Below are positions 32,591-51,392 of a stretch of DNA of 64,000 bases, piece after piece. Made by a program: the position numbers and the translations under genes. The notes under the pieces are model-generated. The model saw nothing but the letters and a program-made list of their open reading frames with translations. It did no database searches and was not told where the DNA came from. The DNA lies in assembly GCA_964016885.1 (NCBI GenBank), contig OZ024743.1:115258001-115322000 (forward strand), given 5' to 3'. Source of the stretch: Eledone cirrhosa. Lineage: Eukaryota. Numbering within the stretch: position 1 is the stretch's first letter; each line of letters starts with the position of its first letter.

Positions 32591-32933
32591 AATTAGTATA
32601 TCTACCAACATATTTATACAGAAGTATACGTGCGGTAGCAAGATATAGGTTTTGTCTTAGTAACTTCGTGGTTCAATACAAAAATGTAGAACAATTATAT
32701 GAAAGACGTAAAATAATAAAATTATAATAATTAATAATTTTCTTATTTTACGTCTTTCATATATATATATATATATATATATAAGTATTAAGTTGTTAAA
32801 CAATATTCGACGATTACGTCAAAGAATGAGTTTTACAGTAGAGTGGAAGCACTCAACGGTAAAATAATTTTCAGGAGTTATTAATATTAAAATATAAGTA
32901 TTAATAAAATAGATTATATTTTGATCAATTACA

Positions 32934-32984
32934 TTTTATTATACATATTTCGGATGTACAACAGTACGTCCTCATCAGACAAAA
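32934..32984 (-). ncRNA. Canonical minimal type I hammerhead
   Basis: Reverse complement ttttgt-CTGATGA-ggacgtac tgtt gtacatcc-GAAA-tatgt-ATA-ataaaa. Confidence 0.82.
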
Positions 32985-33706
32985 TATAATGATACATGAC
33001 ATAACCTGAGATGTTAAATGGTTAAGATTTAATCAAGGTAGTGATTACCCGATAAAAACTTTTGCTTATATAATATTTGCGTGAGAGTGCGAAAACGTAA
33101 TGAATTAATCAGAGAATGTGTGAGTAAGAAAAAACGTCGCATACTTAAAGTGTTCTAAAATTTTAAATTGTATGATACTATATCTAGGGAAACGTCTCAT
33201 GAATCATAACAGCCAGTGATAGCCACTGGAAAAAGATTTATAACGAGGGAAAGATAAAGTGTGGGGGTTTTCTTTTCGAAAGTTAAACGTTTAGAATTTG
33301 GAAATATTTAATTTATAATATTAATGTGAAAACTCCAGATTTCAGGATTATTTGGTATTTATTTTTATATTATTTATTTAAATTCGATAAGTGTGTTATC
33401 ATTTCTAAACTTCTGAATTGTGAGAATAACATTTTAAAGGATTTAGCTGGCACATAAAGAATGAAAAATTATACTGTTGATTAATTACCTAAATCTAAAC
33501 TTTAACAAGTATCTCGACATATTAGGTATGTAAAGCTTTTAAAGTACTTATTGTTATAAATATTTGAATAACTATTATGTATATAGGTATATATTAATGA
33601 GTCAGTATGTATAAGGTAAAAATACAATAACATAATATGTTACAGATAATATATATAGATATGTATAATTATTCTTCAACCAAGATATCAACGTATTATT
33701 AGATAT

Positions 33707-33889
33707 GTGGATTGACAGTATTGGTAGAGGGCCGGACGCCATGCTTTGCAGCAAAGAGTTATGTCCCTTTATGGTTTGAGTTCAAATCCCGCCGAGGTTA
33801 ACTTTGCCTTTCATCATTACGGGGTCGATAAAATAAAGCACCAGTGATACACTGGGATAATTGCTGGCCTTGTTCCAAATGAAGAAACA
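33707..33889 (+). mobile_element. tRNA-derived SINE with a 12-bp target-site duplication
   Basis: TSD attattagatat / attatttgatat; the empty site is present at about 39581-39610 (minus). Confidence 0.88.
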
Positions 33890-33988
33890 ATTATTTGATA
33901 TAGGGATGTATAGATATATATTAGGCATTATTAATGTAGTATAGTTAGGTAAATGATAACAGTTATACTCTTAACAAGGTGTCACATT

Positions 33989-34633
<645 letters not shown>

Positions 34634-34721
34634 ACATGGATATAAAGTAGAGGCCGTACTCGAAAACGAGTTGGCAGCCACCATCTATGTATGTGTGTGT
34701 GTGTGTGTGTGTATATACATT

Positions 34722-34773
<52 letters not shown>

Positions 34774-36344
34774 CTCATGTATATATACACACACATACAC
34801 ATACATAGATACATGGTGGCTGCCAACTCGTTTTCGAGTACGGCAACTACTTTATATCCTTGTAGGAGAACCCCTACCGATGCGCTAAACAAGTGTGTCT
34901 TTTTAGTCCAGCCAGCGACTGGAAACTCTGGTACAAACACTACACTTGTGACAATTATTGGCACATAGTGCTGGGCCCTTGGTACCTTGTAACGACAAGT
35001 GCAGATAGATCTCCAGATATAAAGCAATTCCTGTGCCGTGAAGCTTTTATAGTGAGCAAAGGCACTGCACAAAGCCAGTTCCACTCTCTTAACCAAGATG
35101 ATATTTACCAAAAAGAAGAATATGTCAACATCATTGGATACCATCAGAGTTGCAGGGGTTATAACAGAGTTTTCCTTCTCCTAGAATTCTGCCTTGACAA
35201 AGGCTAAGGGGTCATCTCTCCCGGTGATTTTCGATGGCCATTGACTCTTAATACCTCCTTTGCAGTTGCATTTGGGTGTAACCGGTGTGGTGGCACGGTG
35301 GCGGTTTGTGTCATGCGGTGTGGGTGTAGTGTGTGGGTTGTTGTGTTGTGTTGTGTGTGTGGTTTCGTTCTGGGTTGTGGTGGTGGTTTGTTGAGGGGAA
35401 ACCATGTGTTTCGTATTTTTGCCCTATTATTGTGTGCTATTGTGTGGCCTTGGTTTGGTGCTGTGGAGAAAGAGAATTTTACGGTGTGTCTATTGAATAG
35501 TTTGTGGTATTTGTGTGTGTGTGGAAAAGATTGTTCGAGAGCCCTGAAGGTTCCCGGTATGTTAGTGGCGACGTGTATAGAATAGGGGGGGGGGTTATAC
35601 CACGTGACTGGTCTACTTCGGTGTATGCGTTGTTTAGTGAGGTTTTTGTGGTTGGGTGGTAGTTCGTGTGTGTTTTGGTCAGGTGTATGTTTCATATAGG
35701 TTCCAGGTAATCTATTGGCGTTATGTCTCTTGTCTCTATTGGTACGCAAACGTGTGTGATAGTCGGAGTTGTTATTGGGGTTGGAGAGTATGGCTTTATC
35801 TCCTAGACAGTTATGTGTGGTGCTGTCTGCGCTGCCGGCTAGGGAGCGTCTTAGGTTATTGTGTGTCCTAGGTGTGGAGGTTTCTTCCAAGTTCGTTTCT
35901 AAGGGTCCTGCTATGTTTAGCGGTGTTACGGTTCTATTTGGGTCGATGTAAGAAATCTTTTCAGTATAACAAGCGTTTATAAGTGCGGAGTCATAGTATT
36001 CCGCGTGCTGCTTGTATATATATATATATATAAAGAATTAGTATATCTACCAACATATTTATACAGAAGTATAAGTGCGTTAGCAAGATATAGGTTTTGT
36101 CTTAGTAACTTCGTGGTTCAATACAAAAATGTAGAACAATTATATGAAAGACGTAAAATAATAAAATTATAATAATTAATAATTTTCTTATTTTACGTCT
36201 TTCATATATATATATATATATATATAAGTATTAAGTTGTTAAACAATATTCGACGATTACGTCAAAGAATGAGTTTTACAGTAGAGTGGAAGCACTCAAC
36301 GGTAAAATAATTTTCAGGAGTTATTAATATTAAAATATAAGTAT

Positions 36345-40405
<4,061 letters not shown>

Positions 40406-40433
40406 TATATATATATTAAAACTCACCTCCTAC

Positions 40434-40517
<84 letters not shown>

Positions 40518-40547
40518 AATATACACGGGTGTGTATGATAGTGTATA

Positions 40548-40861
40548 GAGGAATTCCAGATTTGTCTGACTTACTCGTTTTATTTACAATCCTTTAAAAT
40601 TTATAATGGTATTATAATGAAATAGTATGATAGAATATTAAATGTTAATTGTTAATTGAACAAGTACTCTCAACACAGTTGAAAATTGCAAACTTGACTG
40701 TCACCACACATAATGAACCTGAAGATTGCGAAAGCATGAGAGTACTTGTTCAATTAACACTTAACATTTAATATTCTATCATACTATTTCATTATAATAC
40801 CATTATACATTTTAAAGGATAGTAAATAAAACGAGTAAATCAGACAAAGTTGGAATTCCTC
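40548..40861. mobile_element. Inverted dimer (arms 40548-40672 and 40737-40861) with an HHR-like motif at the loop/arm junction
   Basis: 125-bp arms; gaac-CTGAAGA-t-tgc gaaa gca-tGAGA-gtact-T-gttc. Confidence 0.8.
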
Positions 40862-40869
40862 TTATTAAT

Positions 40870-41676
<807 letters not shown>

Positions 41677-42541
41677 TGTATATATGTATACAAACACATA
41701 TATGTATACATGCGCATATATATTGATGTATATACACACACGAACACACCCACACACACACCCTCGACCACACATATCCACACACACACATACACAGCCA
41801 TATGCATCTATACACAAATGTATGTGCAAGCGCGCATGCGGTGACATATAGGGAGAGTGGGGGAGTATCGGTATGGGTGGCGTAGGACAAAGATGGAGGG
41901 AATGTGAGAGGCAAGCGAGAAGGTGTTATACATATATACATACACATACATACACTCATACACACATACGGATATGCGCACATACACGCACACACACGTA
42001 TACATAAACATACACACACACACACACACACACGCATGCACACACATATATATACAAACATACACACACATACACATACACACACATACACATACATGCA
42101 CATATACGCACACATATACACATACATATAGATTCACTTATATACATATATAAGAATATATATATATATATACACACACACATATATATATGCATATACG
42201 CACGCATATTTGTACGTCCGTATATGTAAAAAATACTTACACACAGACACACACACTTGCGTTGGTTCGGGAGGGGAGGTATGTGTTGGCGGTGTTGATG
42301 AAGTATGGAGTTGTGTCTTGTGGTGGTGGTGGTGGTGGTGGAGTTGTGAGCGACAAAAATATACAGGATCGAATAGTGCGATTAGTTACAGGTTAAAAGG
42401 TGACATAGGGAACGCGGGGGGAAAGAGTTTATGGACGTATGGCGATGTGTGTTGTGGTCATGGTGGTGGTAGTGGTGCTAGGGTCATATGTTCGACAAAA
42501 ATGATTACATGATCAGAAGTTACGGTGTGTTACAGGGTAAG

Positions 42542-42573
<32 letters not shown>

Positions 42574-43306
42574 GTGTATATATATGTGTGTGTTAGGAGA
42601 TATGTGTATCTATGCAGTTAGAGACTAAGGTGGGCCATTTGGCAGATATGTTAGATCGTTCGATATTTTTTCTGGTCTATGATTTCTGTGATCAAATTCT
42701 GCCGGGATTCAGATGACCTTTCATTTTTGTCGGGTGACCATACAGAAGGTACCAGCGCAGTTATGGTGTAACACTCTCCCCGCCAGTTAGCATACTTTGG
42801 CTGGATGTTTCACTGGATCAAGGGAGGGAAAATCTAGTTGGTATCTGCCTGTTCATGACTGCGAAAGCACGTACATACTACTAAATCGTTCTCGATTTTA
42901 TATTCCTTACATGTAAGTGGATTCATATATGTTGCTGAGGGTATATATATACTTGTTTGTTTAGTTCATCCAATATAACCTCTTCATAATTTATCATTTC
43001 TATATATCATGATATGTTACACCATAGGATTTTTATTTGTTTTTGTAATTATGCATATAGCCTTTATCGTATATATATACGTATATGAGTATATATGTAT
43101 CTGAGCATGTATATATCTCAAAAGTACATTTATCTATTTGTAAATATATATCTAAAAATGTATGATAGGACTATTTTTAGTCGCTTCAATTGCACCCCTC
43201 TTACCATTATTACGTGGGTATCATATCACATATATCATTTTATGTTCTCTGGTTTTATATAATAATATACACATACTCACACACATGTACGTATGAATAT
43301 AATATA

Positions 43307-43339
<33 letters not shown>

Positions 43340-43342
43340 CAA

Positions 43343-43381
<39 letters not shown>

Positions 43382-43495
43382 CGTATAAACACTCCTACAC
43401 CGTGTCGTATTTGTCAGAGTATTGTATTAGCTCAATGTACAAGAACAGAGCCGTTATATGTGAAAGAAATGAAAGAACGCCTACATACTCATACA

Positions 43496-43567
<72 letters not shown>

Positions 43568-43897
43568 TTGTGTGTGTGTGTACGTATGTATGTATATACA
43601 TATATTACGAAGCTTGTACGAAAGTATATGCTATAGTTTTATGGAAAAATAAACTTACCGATACATTTGAAATAAACTTACCCAAGCATTTGAAGTAGTA
43701 AAAATGTCTCATTCGCCTCAGTAACAATTGAAGAACATCAAAATACTAGTTCTTCAAGATCAGTATCCCTTTTTAGTCGGTCGGTACTGATGAAAAATGC
43801 TGATAGCTTGTACATATGTATTATGGCTTGTACATATTTATGGAAATTCTCATTCGTATATAGGATTGTCTTGACAGACTGGTATTATTTATCAGAA

Positions 43898-44035
43898 GTG
43901 GCAGTGGATTAGCAGTATCCGCTGATCGTCAGAATGCCATATAGTTAAGTCTCTTTATTTCTGAGTTCAAATCCCGCAGATGTTAGTTTTTCCTTATGGG
44001 GTCGATAATATAAAGTACCAGTAATATACTGGATT
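43898..44035 (+). mobile_element. tRNA-derived SINE with internal deletions
   Basis: ggcagtggattagcag...GAGTTCAAATCC...ggggtcgataatataaagtaccag. Confidence 0.75.
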
Positions 44036-44276
44036 TGCGAAGAAAGAACGTATCTCCTTAATACATAAACTACGACCAACCATGATATCTGGAACCCTCA
44101 AAATGTGTAACACATCCTTAGATTTCAATGGATGTACGCATAAACAACAGACAATCACAATTTCTTTTCTTTACAGTTTTGGCACCGAGAAGGTTGCCGG
44201 TCAAAATAAACTGAAAATGAAGAGAAAGAAAGAACACACACACACACAAACACATACACCCCCACCCACACCCGCA

Positions 44277-44318
<42 letters not shown>

Positions 44319-44369
44319 TTGCATGTTTTTTTATATGAAATCGATAAATTAAATTTAAATGTGTAGACT

Positions 44370-44441
44370 TTACAATACAACGGGAGGAAACATGATAGTA
44401 CCCCTGATGATGTCGCAGATGTGTGACGAAATAACCTTGAT

Positions 44442-44482
<41 letters not shown>

Positions 44483-44652
44483 CTGTATATTTAACCGCTG
44501 GTTAATCAATGATAAACATTGATTGCCAAATAAATTCATTATGGAGATATAAAATATACGGAAACGAAAACCAACCCAAATCAAACAATGAGTGTGTTCT
44601 GTTATTATTTCTGGCAATATTATAACAATATGACCCTTCTCAAGTATAACAA

Positions 44653-44655
<3 letters not shown>
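44370..44655 (+). mobile_element. PLE pLTR fragment with HHR (44404-44437)
   Basis: CTGATGA-t-gtcgca gatg tgtgac-GAAA; homologous to 16277-16838. Confidence 0.7.
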
Positions 44656-44693
<38 letters not shown>

Positions 44694-44734
44694 ATAAACC
44701 AAAGAAGCCTTCAATACATCAAAAGTCTTTATTA

Positions 44735-44772
44735 GCCAACAATGTTTCGTCTTATTAAGGACTCATCAGGGC
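44735..44772 (-). ncRNA. Minimal hammerhead in a ~120-bp pLTR fragment within (TA)n
   Basis: Reverse complement gcc-CTGATGA-gtc cttaataa gac-GAAA-catt-GTT-ggc. Confidence 0.75.
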
Positions 44773-44825
44773 AATTAAAGTTATAAGAAGCACTATCGGC
44801 CAATACAAGCCATATATATATATAT

Positions 44826-45490
44826 TAAGGTAAACATTGATGCAATTCAATTCAAGCATTCAACGTACTTTTTCCACATAGGTGTGACGGAGTAAATATC
44901 GAATAAGGAAAAGCGAAGTAGTTTCAGATGTTCAAGTCTTTTTAATAATAATGGTGTGATATATATTTCAATGACGACACTGGCCACACTGTTCTGCGTG
45001 CGAGTGTCACGACATCGTCAGACAGCTTGTTACATAATAAGGTTATGTTTCCGAGGCAATCCAAATTGAATCGACATGGGAACGGACGAAGTGTGTGCTT
45101 TTGGGCTCTTCATCCGTTCTCCTGTGAGTACCAATTCACCCCCACCGCTTAGTCAGTTCCAGAGGGGGAACTGACTAAGCGAATTTCGTTGAAATCTGCG
45201 GTAGCTAATAGTCAACTTCCTTCGGACATGCGCCTGCGGAGACCGGTGGGGGTGAATTGGTACTCACAGGGGAACGGATGAAGAACCCAAAAGCACACAC
45301 TTCGTCCGTTCCCATGTCGATTCAATTTGGATTGCCTCGGAAACATAACCTTATTATGTAACATGCTGTCTGACGATGTCGCGACACTCGCACACAGAAC
45401 AGTGTGACCAGCGTCGTCATTGAAATATATATCACCGTATTATTATTAAAAAGACTTGAACATCTGAAACTACTTCGCTTTTCCTTATTC
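44826..45490. mobile_element. Inverted dimer (arms 44901-45147 and 45244-45490) with an extended-stem II HHR
   Basis: 247-bp arms; CTGACGA (45370-45376)...GAAA-tatat-ATC; extra hairpin in the loop at 45147-45180. Confidence 0.85.
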
Positions 45491-45509
45491 TATATATATA
45501 TATATATGG

Positions 45510-46121
45510 TATTAGAATTAGTGCTCTGAAGTAGCGGTGTATACATGAATGTATGTATAGTATATTTGGCAATATACCGTGTGTTTATTTAAAAGCATTT
45601 AGAAGACCATACACTACCAGTTTTAAAGTAGTGAGTATGTCACTTACTTCTTTTCGGTGAAAGAAGGGTGAGAAGCTGACAATCTGTTTCACGCTGGTTG
45701 AGGTGTATCAGAGCCACGTACTCCCTGCTTTCGCCGAAAATTATAGAAGCTGTATTCTTATAGAATTCCAGTAATAACCAGGAGCTGATTATACAGAGCG
45801 ATTGCCGGTCCAGCAAAAACTGGCTATTAGAAATGGTGCTTTGAAATAGCGATGTATACATGAATGTATGTATAGTATATTTGGCAATATACCGTATGTT
45901 TAATTAAAAACATTTAGAAAACCATACGCTATCAGTTTTAAACTAGTGACTCTGTCACGTACTTCATTTCGGCGAAAGAAGCATGAGAAGCTGGCTGTCT
46001 GTTTAACGCTGATTGGCGTTCATCAGAGCCACGTACTCCTCTGCTTTCTCCGAAAATTGTAGAAAATTATAGTTCTTATAGAATTCCAGTAATAATCAGG
46101 AGCTATCGCCGGTCCAGCAAA
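45510..46121 (-). mobile_element. Tandem dimer of a ~315-bp HHR-containing unit (non-LTR retrozyme-like)
   Basis: Units start at 45510 and 45825; HHR-like motifs at 45675-45714 and 45990-46029, each enclosed by a long stem (ttttcggtgaaag...ctttcgccgaaaa); flanked by (TA)n. Confidence 0.75.
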
Positions 46122-46299
46122 TATATATATATTATGTTTCATATACCCTTATATTATATTACATTATATTTCATCATATCATAGCATATTACATTATATG
46201 ATACTTTATTGCGTTTGTATTTTATTGTACTGCATTATAATATTTTACATTATTTCGTATTGCATTTAAGAGAACAAAATTTTATAGATTGTACATGTT

Positions 46300-46990
46300 T
46301 ATTTTAATTTTACGTTGGGTTTTCCACACAAACACTTCACCTATTCCTCAGTTCCTATTCATTAAAAATCCGCTCGATTATTAAAGAAAAAAATCGAAAA
46401 CCTATAAACCAAGTCATCCACCTTTTGCTGTTTATTATTTAAACTTAATATTTGTGTTAAATCTATTCGTATTTCTTTATATAACATTTCCGTACTAAGC
46501 TGAATCGTTAAACACGTAATATACGGACATAAAGTCACCACCATTTAATCTTCTATATAACTATTTTCACTGTACACTTCTCTCAAAATCTCTAACTACT
46601 GGATTTAAGTAAATTTCAATTCACCATTCTTTGAGCAAGATCTGTCAATTTTTAAAACGTATCAAGCACTGAATAATGTTAATATACACATATTAGGGGT
46701 CTTATAGAATCACCATTGGGTTTTTGTGGAAATTAACCAGAAACTTTGTGGTACTATTTGTTACAATGTAGAAAATACCAGCCAGAGTGAGAGGACACCT
46801 TTCAAAAACTACCGATATTGGAGGTGCATTATATTTGTCAAGTAATCTACCAAACATAAACAAGGTCTTTCAAGGCTACGGAAAGATTCAACAGCAGAAA
46901 TGTTATCTGCTTTATTGTTGTCGTTCTTTTTTCCTACTTGTCTTTTCTTTTTTCTTTCATTCTCTCCCTCGCTATTGATAATTTGTCATT
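46300..46990 (-). pseudogene. Possible highly decayed PLE RT N-terminal relic
   Basis: KNDNNKADNISAV (KADK-like) and HK/PNGDSIRPLIC. Confidence 0.3.
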
Positions 46991-47332
46991 GCTTGTTAGT
47001 ACAATTCAGAAGTTTAATTTTGTAAATTAAATGAATACATATATAAATAAATAAATAAATATTTCTCCTACGAACCTAAACATTAACACAATTTTTTCAA
47101 TATTTAATCTAATATCGTTTATCTTCGCAGCTAATAGATTACTTTCTAATACTGCAAACGAAATTCACACATATCTCGAAATGTTTTTACGACATAATTC
47201 TTTAAAGCTAAATTAATATAATGTAATTAAGCATACAACCTATAATTACAGACCAGAATCTAGATTTAGAACTTTATGCTGACTCTTCTTTCTCACTTCC
47301 ACGTGTCCTTCTTCTTCTTCTTCTTGCTGATA

Positions 47333-47545
47333 GGGCGGTTGATTGGCAATATCGGTCGAGCGCTGGACACCTTCCTTTTCAGCACAAAGTTACGACATAT
47401 ACGTTCTCAGTTCAAATCCCGCCGAGCTTAGCTTTACCCTTCCTCCTTGCGCGGTCGATAAAATAAAGCACCAGTAATGCACTGGGTCAATACAATCGAT
47501 TTTTCCCTCCCACCCAATTGTTGGCTTTGTGCCTAAATCAGAAGC
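47333..47545 (+). mobile_element. tRNA-derived SINE
   Basis: B box cagttcaaatcc, core gtcgataaaataaagcaccag, tail gtgcctaaatcagaa. Confidence 0.8.
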
Positions 47546-47920
47546 CACTATTATTGTTAGCGACAAAAGTCTAAGACGCATGAATCTGGGCTCCAAAGGT
47601 TTCGTGAATTTAAGTTGTTTAAATTGATATATTGTTGAAATATGTTGTTGATAACGGGACATGAAACAACCGTCTTTGCCCCGAGGAAGGCAGACTCATA
47701 ATATTTCGGTCTTTTCTATGAAAAAAAACAAACATGGACGGCTTTCGCCCCATATAGTTGAGCCAGCTGTCACGTGCCAGCATCCAAAACATTGAGAGGA
47801 GAGACACCGACCCAACACCACTATGATGAACAGAAAAAAATAAAGCACCAGGCTAGATTTACACGATTTCCCCTCCGCTCAAATAGTTGGCCTTGTGCAT
47901 AAATCAGAAATAATTATTAT

Positions 47921-48117
47921 TGGGGTGGTGGATCGGCAGTATCGGAAGTGCGTCGGACAACTATGCTTCCCGGCATAGTATTACGGTCCTTCTGATTTCA
48001 AACCCCGCCGAAGTTAGCTTTGTCTTTCATCGTTACGGAGTCGATAAAATTAAGTGCTAGTAAAGCACTGGGGTCCCTCCAAATTGCTGGCCTTAAGCCA
48101 AAATTGGAAATAATTAT
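47921..48117 (+). mobile_element. tRNA-derived SINE preceded by another 3' fragment (47835-47920)
   Basis: Same core and tail as the other copies. Confidence 0.75.
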
Positions 48118-48299
48118 TACACACGAGCTAAACTTATATCTGTATATATAAATTATAGAGATAATCGAGACTGCATAATCTGTATATAAATATCCGCATT
48201 TTGATATATAAATATGTAGATATGCTCAATAAAAGTATTTCACTTTAAATTGAAAAAACTGACAAATAGCTTTAGTCGAATTTGGAACCTAGTTAGATT

Positions 48300-48670
48300 C
48301 TCGATCTCTCTTGCTCACTTACTCTTTTGGCGGCACCTCTCAAACTGGTCACATCGAGCGCAAACATGCTAACCTTTTTTCAACCATATCTTATATTTCA
48401 GGATTATACCTTGCCATGCCACGAGGCATATTTGCTTACCACATATGTAATTCACGGACTACAATAAACGCAAGTCATTTTGATACTCGTTTTGAGAAAC
48501 TTATTATACTTCAGTTATTACTTCAAATGTAGTGAGAAATAATTCTCACACGAAATGAAATTGTATGAAAATTCTCCTATCTTTTATTTCTATTAAATTT
48601 AGTAGTTGGGATCCGGACGTACTTACTGGAGTAAGTAACCCTGGGACCAGCTCACTAAAAGTGGTGACCC
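48300..48670 (+). repeat. Inverted copy of the Gypsy LTR 3' part plus PBS
   Basis: Reverse complement of 50775-51146 with scattered mismatches; ends gtggtgaccc. Confidence 0.9.
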
Positions 48671-50655
48671 TAACGTGATTGTTTCAGAGAGGTGGGTGGT
48701 GCGATATGCTGAATCGCTTCTACCTTACATGGCAAAGGTCGTATGCCTTCTGAATCTATAAGATGTCCAAGGAATTCCAGTGAAGCTGTACCAAACACAC
48801 ATTTAGCTGGGTTGATTCTGACCTGGTACGATTGAAGACGTTGAAATAACTGAGATAAATGTTGCTGATGATGTTCACCTGTGTCACTGGCTATCAGGAG
48901 ATCATCCACGTAAGCAAAGACGAAATCCAATCCACGTGTTACTTCATCGATAAAACGCTGGAACGTGCTAGAGTCATTCCGCAAGCCAAAAATCATGGAC
49001 AGGAATTCAAATGAACGAAAGAGGGTGGTTGCAGTTGTTTTTGGTATATCCTCTGTATTCATGGGTGGTATGCACGTATTAGATCTATTTTGGAAAATAT
49101 CTTGCATCCATGCAGAACGGATGAAAATTCCTGTAAATTTGCTAGAGGATAACGGTCCGGCGTGGTGATGGCATTAAGTCGTCGATAATCTCCCACAGGT
49201 CTAAAATCCGCTTCGCCTTTACGAGCCAAGTGAAGCGGAGATCCCCATGGGCTGGTGGACGGTCGTAGAAGACCGAGCTGGAGCATCTGCTCGAACTCGT
49301 TTCGTGCTTTTTCTAGTCTATCCGGAGCCAACCTTCGTGGATGAGAGAAAACAGGTGGACCAGTTGTAACGAAGTGTTGAGTCGAGTGGGCTGCCTGAGT
49401 AGGTTTAAATGGAATATCCGTTAACTCGGGAATCGAAGTGAGGAGTGAATGAAACTGGTTTCCAGTGGCAGTCACAAAAAATGACGGACTGACAGCAGTA
49501 GTGCTAGATTTACAAGTAGGCGTAGATAAGGATGTGGTACTATCCACAAGTTTCTGGTTCCTGACATCTACCAAAAGTGAATAGTGCTGTAAGAAATCCG
49601 CACCGAGAATAGGATGAGGTAGATCGGCAATTACAAAAACCCATTTGAAATCTCGACGCAAAGCTAGGTCCAATGATAAGGATATCTGTCCATAAGTTTT
49701 TATAGGAGACTGGTTTACTGCATACAAGGAAATGTCGGAAAGAGTTGGCTTGGTAGAGTTGAACGGTAAGGGCCAAATAGTGCAACTAGAATCTGTGTCC
49801 ACCATGAATGATTTGTTTGAAACTCGATCTCTGAGGAAGCAAGCGCGATAAGGTGAATTGTTAAGGGAGAGGTCTGCCGTGCTCATATTCTCCAAACTTA
49901 GTTTTTTCGATGTCCCAAAAGAGCAGGGCTTGATACAATGTTGTGTTTTATTACTGAAACGCGCATGGTACCAACACAAAGAAGAACTGTTGGCGGGGAG
50001 TTGGTACGTCCATGAGAAGAAAAAGACCGACTTCGTGAACGCCGCCTAGGTGGCGCTTTGATCACGAGACAGTTTAGCTACTTGACGCGTTAACCGTCAA
50101 TAGCTCTCAACATGGCTTCCTCACTAGGTGAGGCAGGCTGTTTTTTTTTAAATTAGAAGAGGCAATGACCGAATCAGCCGAGGTAGGTTTCCTAGAAAAT
50201 TCCATAATTCTGTCCGCAGAGGCAGCAATTTGTTCTATTGAACTGGTGTCAACCGTATTTGCCAATATGGTTTGCACATTAGTTGGCAAACGGGAGAAGA
50301 ATAACTTCTTTACGAAGGAACTGTCTTCGGGCGCTGCATCACTGATACGCTATAAACACTCTGTAGGAGTTCTGTCCCCCAGATTTTCATCCTCTAATAA
50401 GGAACGAAATTTACTCTCAGACGACCTACTGTTCCTCCGCAGTACCTCTGTATTCAGAGCTTCGTAGGAAACGACATGGGGAGGGTCCGTGATTATGTGT
50501 TTAACTGTAATTGCTAGTGAGGCTGGAATTCCGCTGATTTGAACGTTTAATATTTGCTGTTTTTCCTGTATTCCGTTGCCCGCAAAATACGCATCGTGAT
50601 GGGCGAACCACAATTTGGCATCGCCAGAATACGCTGGTAACTATGTGTTGTTCAT
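48671..50655 (-). pseudogene. Ty3/Gypsy gag-pol relic (gag, protease, RT; truncated before RNase H and integrase)
   Basis: WFAHHDAYF..LGDRTP (gag), FMVDTDSS..PILGADFL (PR), SPWGSPLHL..DYRRLN, FSKIDL, FAYVDDLLIAS, LEFLGH (RT); frameshifted. Confidence 0.92.
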
Positions 50656-50772
50656 GATGAAATTTAGTCGAGAGAGATGATTTTCTTTTTCAAAACGTCG
50701 GGAGAACTTATATATATTCAAACGTCGGTAGAAATTATTTGTTCAGACGTCGATAGAAATTATATGTTCAGA

Positions 50773-51236
50773 CGGGGTCACCACTTTTAGTGAGTTGGTC
50801 CCAGGGTTACTTAATCCAGTAAGTACCTCAGGATCCCATCTACTAAGTTTAATAGAAATAAGTGATAGGAGAATTTTCATACAATTTCATTTCGTGTGAG
50901 AATTATCTCTCACTACATTTGAAGTAATAACTGAAGCATAATAAGTTTCTCAAAACGAGTATCAATTTTGACTTGCGTTTATTGTAGTCCGTGAATTACA
51001 TATGTGGTAAGCAAATGTGCCTCGTGGCATGACAAGGTATAATCCTGAATTATAATATATGGTTGAAAAAAGGTTAGCATGTTTGCGCTCGATGTGACCA
51101 GTTTGAGAGGTGCCGCCAAAAGAGTAAGTGAGCAACAGAGATCGAGTGACGTCAGCACACTCCCTTAAATACTGACCACGGGGAAGTAACTCCCATTAGT
51201 CTTTTCTCCCCGGACAACGTGGCGCTAGTAGCTACA
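50773..51236 (-). mobile_element. Gypsy 5' LTR (starts TGTAG at 51236) and primer-binding site TGGTGACCCCG
   Basis: TG start, PBS immediately after the LTR and upstream of gag. Confidence 0.8.
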
Positions 51237-51392
51237 CATGTTTATCAACCGAAAGAAAAAATTCGTCTACTAAATATCATTTAGTGAACGAATGTGAAGC
51301 AAACTATTTAAATAGCATCCACACATGTATGTTTATTTGTATGGACGTATGGTTTATACTCACCCCCATACAATCATACATACATACATACA

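Noticed and set aside
43660-43720. Two minus-strand GTAAGT donor-like sites, a possible first exon of the channel gene
   Set aside because: No recognisable peptide or other support
45265-45313. SECIS-like ATGA...AAA hairpin (some PLE clades encode selenoproteins)
   Set aside because: The ATGA is Watson-Crick paired with no opposing GA quartet, and the GIY-YIG fragments at 37700 and 59803 have normal Cys codons rather than in-frame TGA
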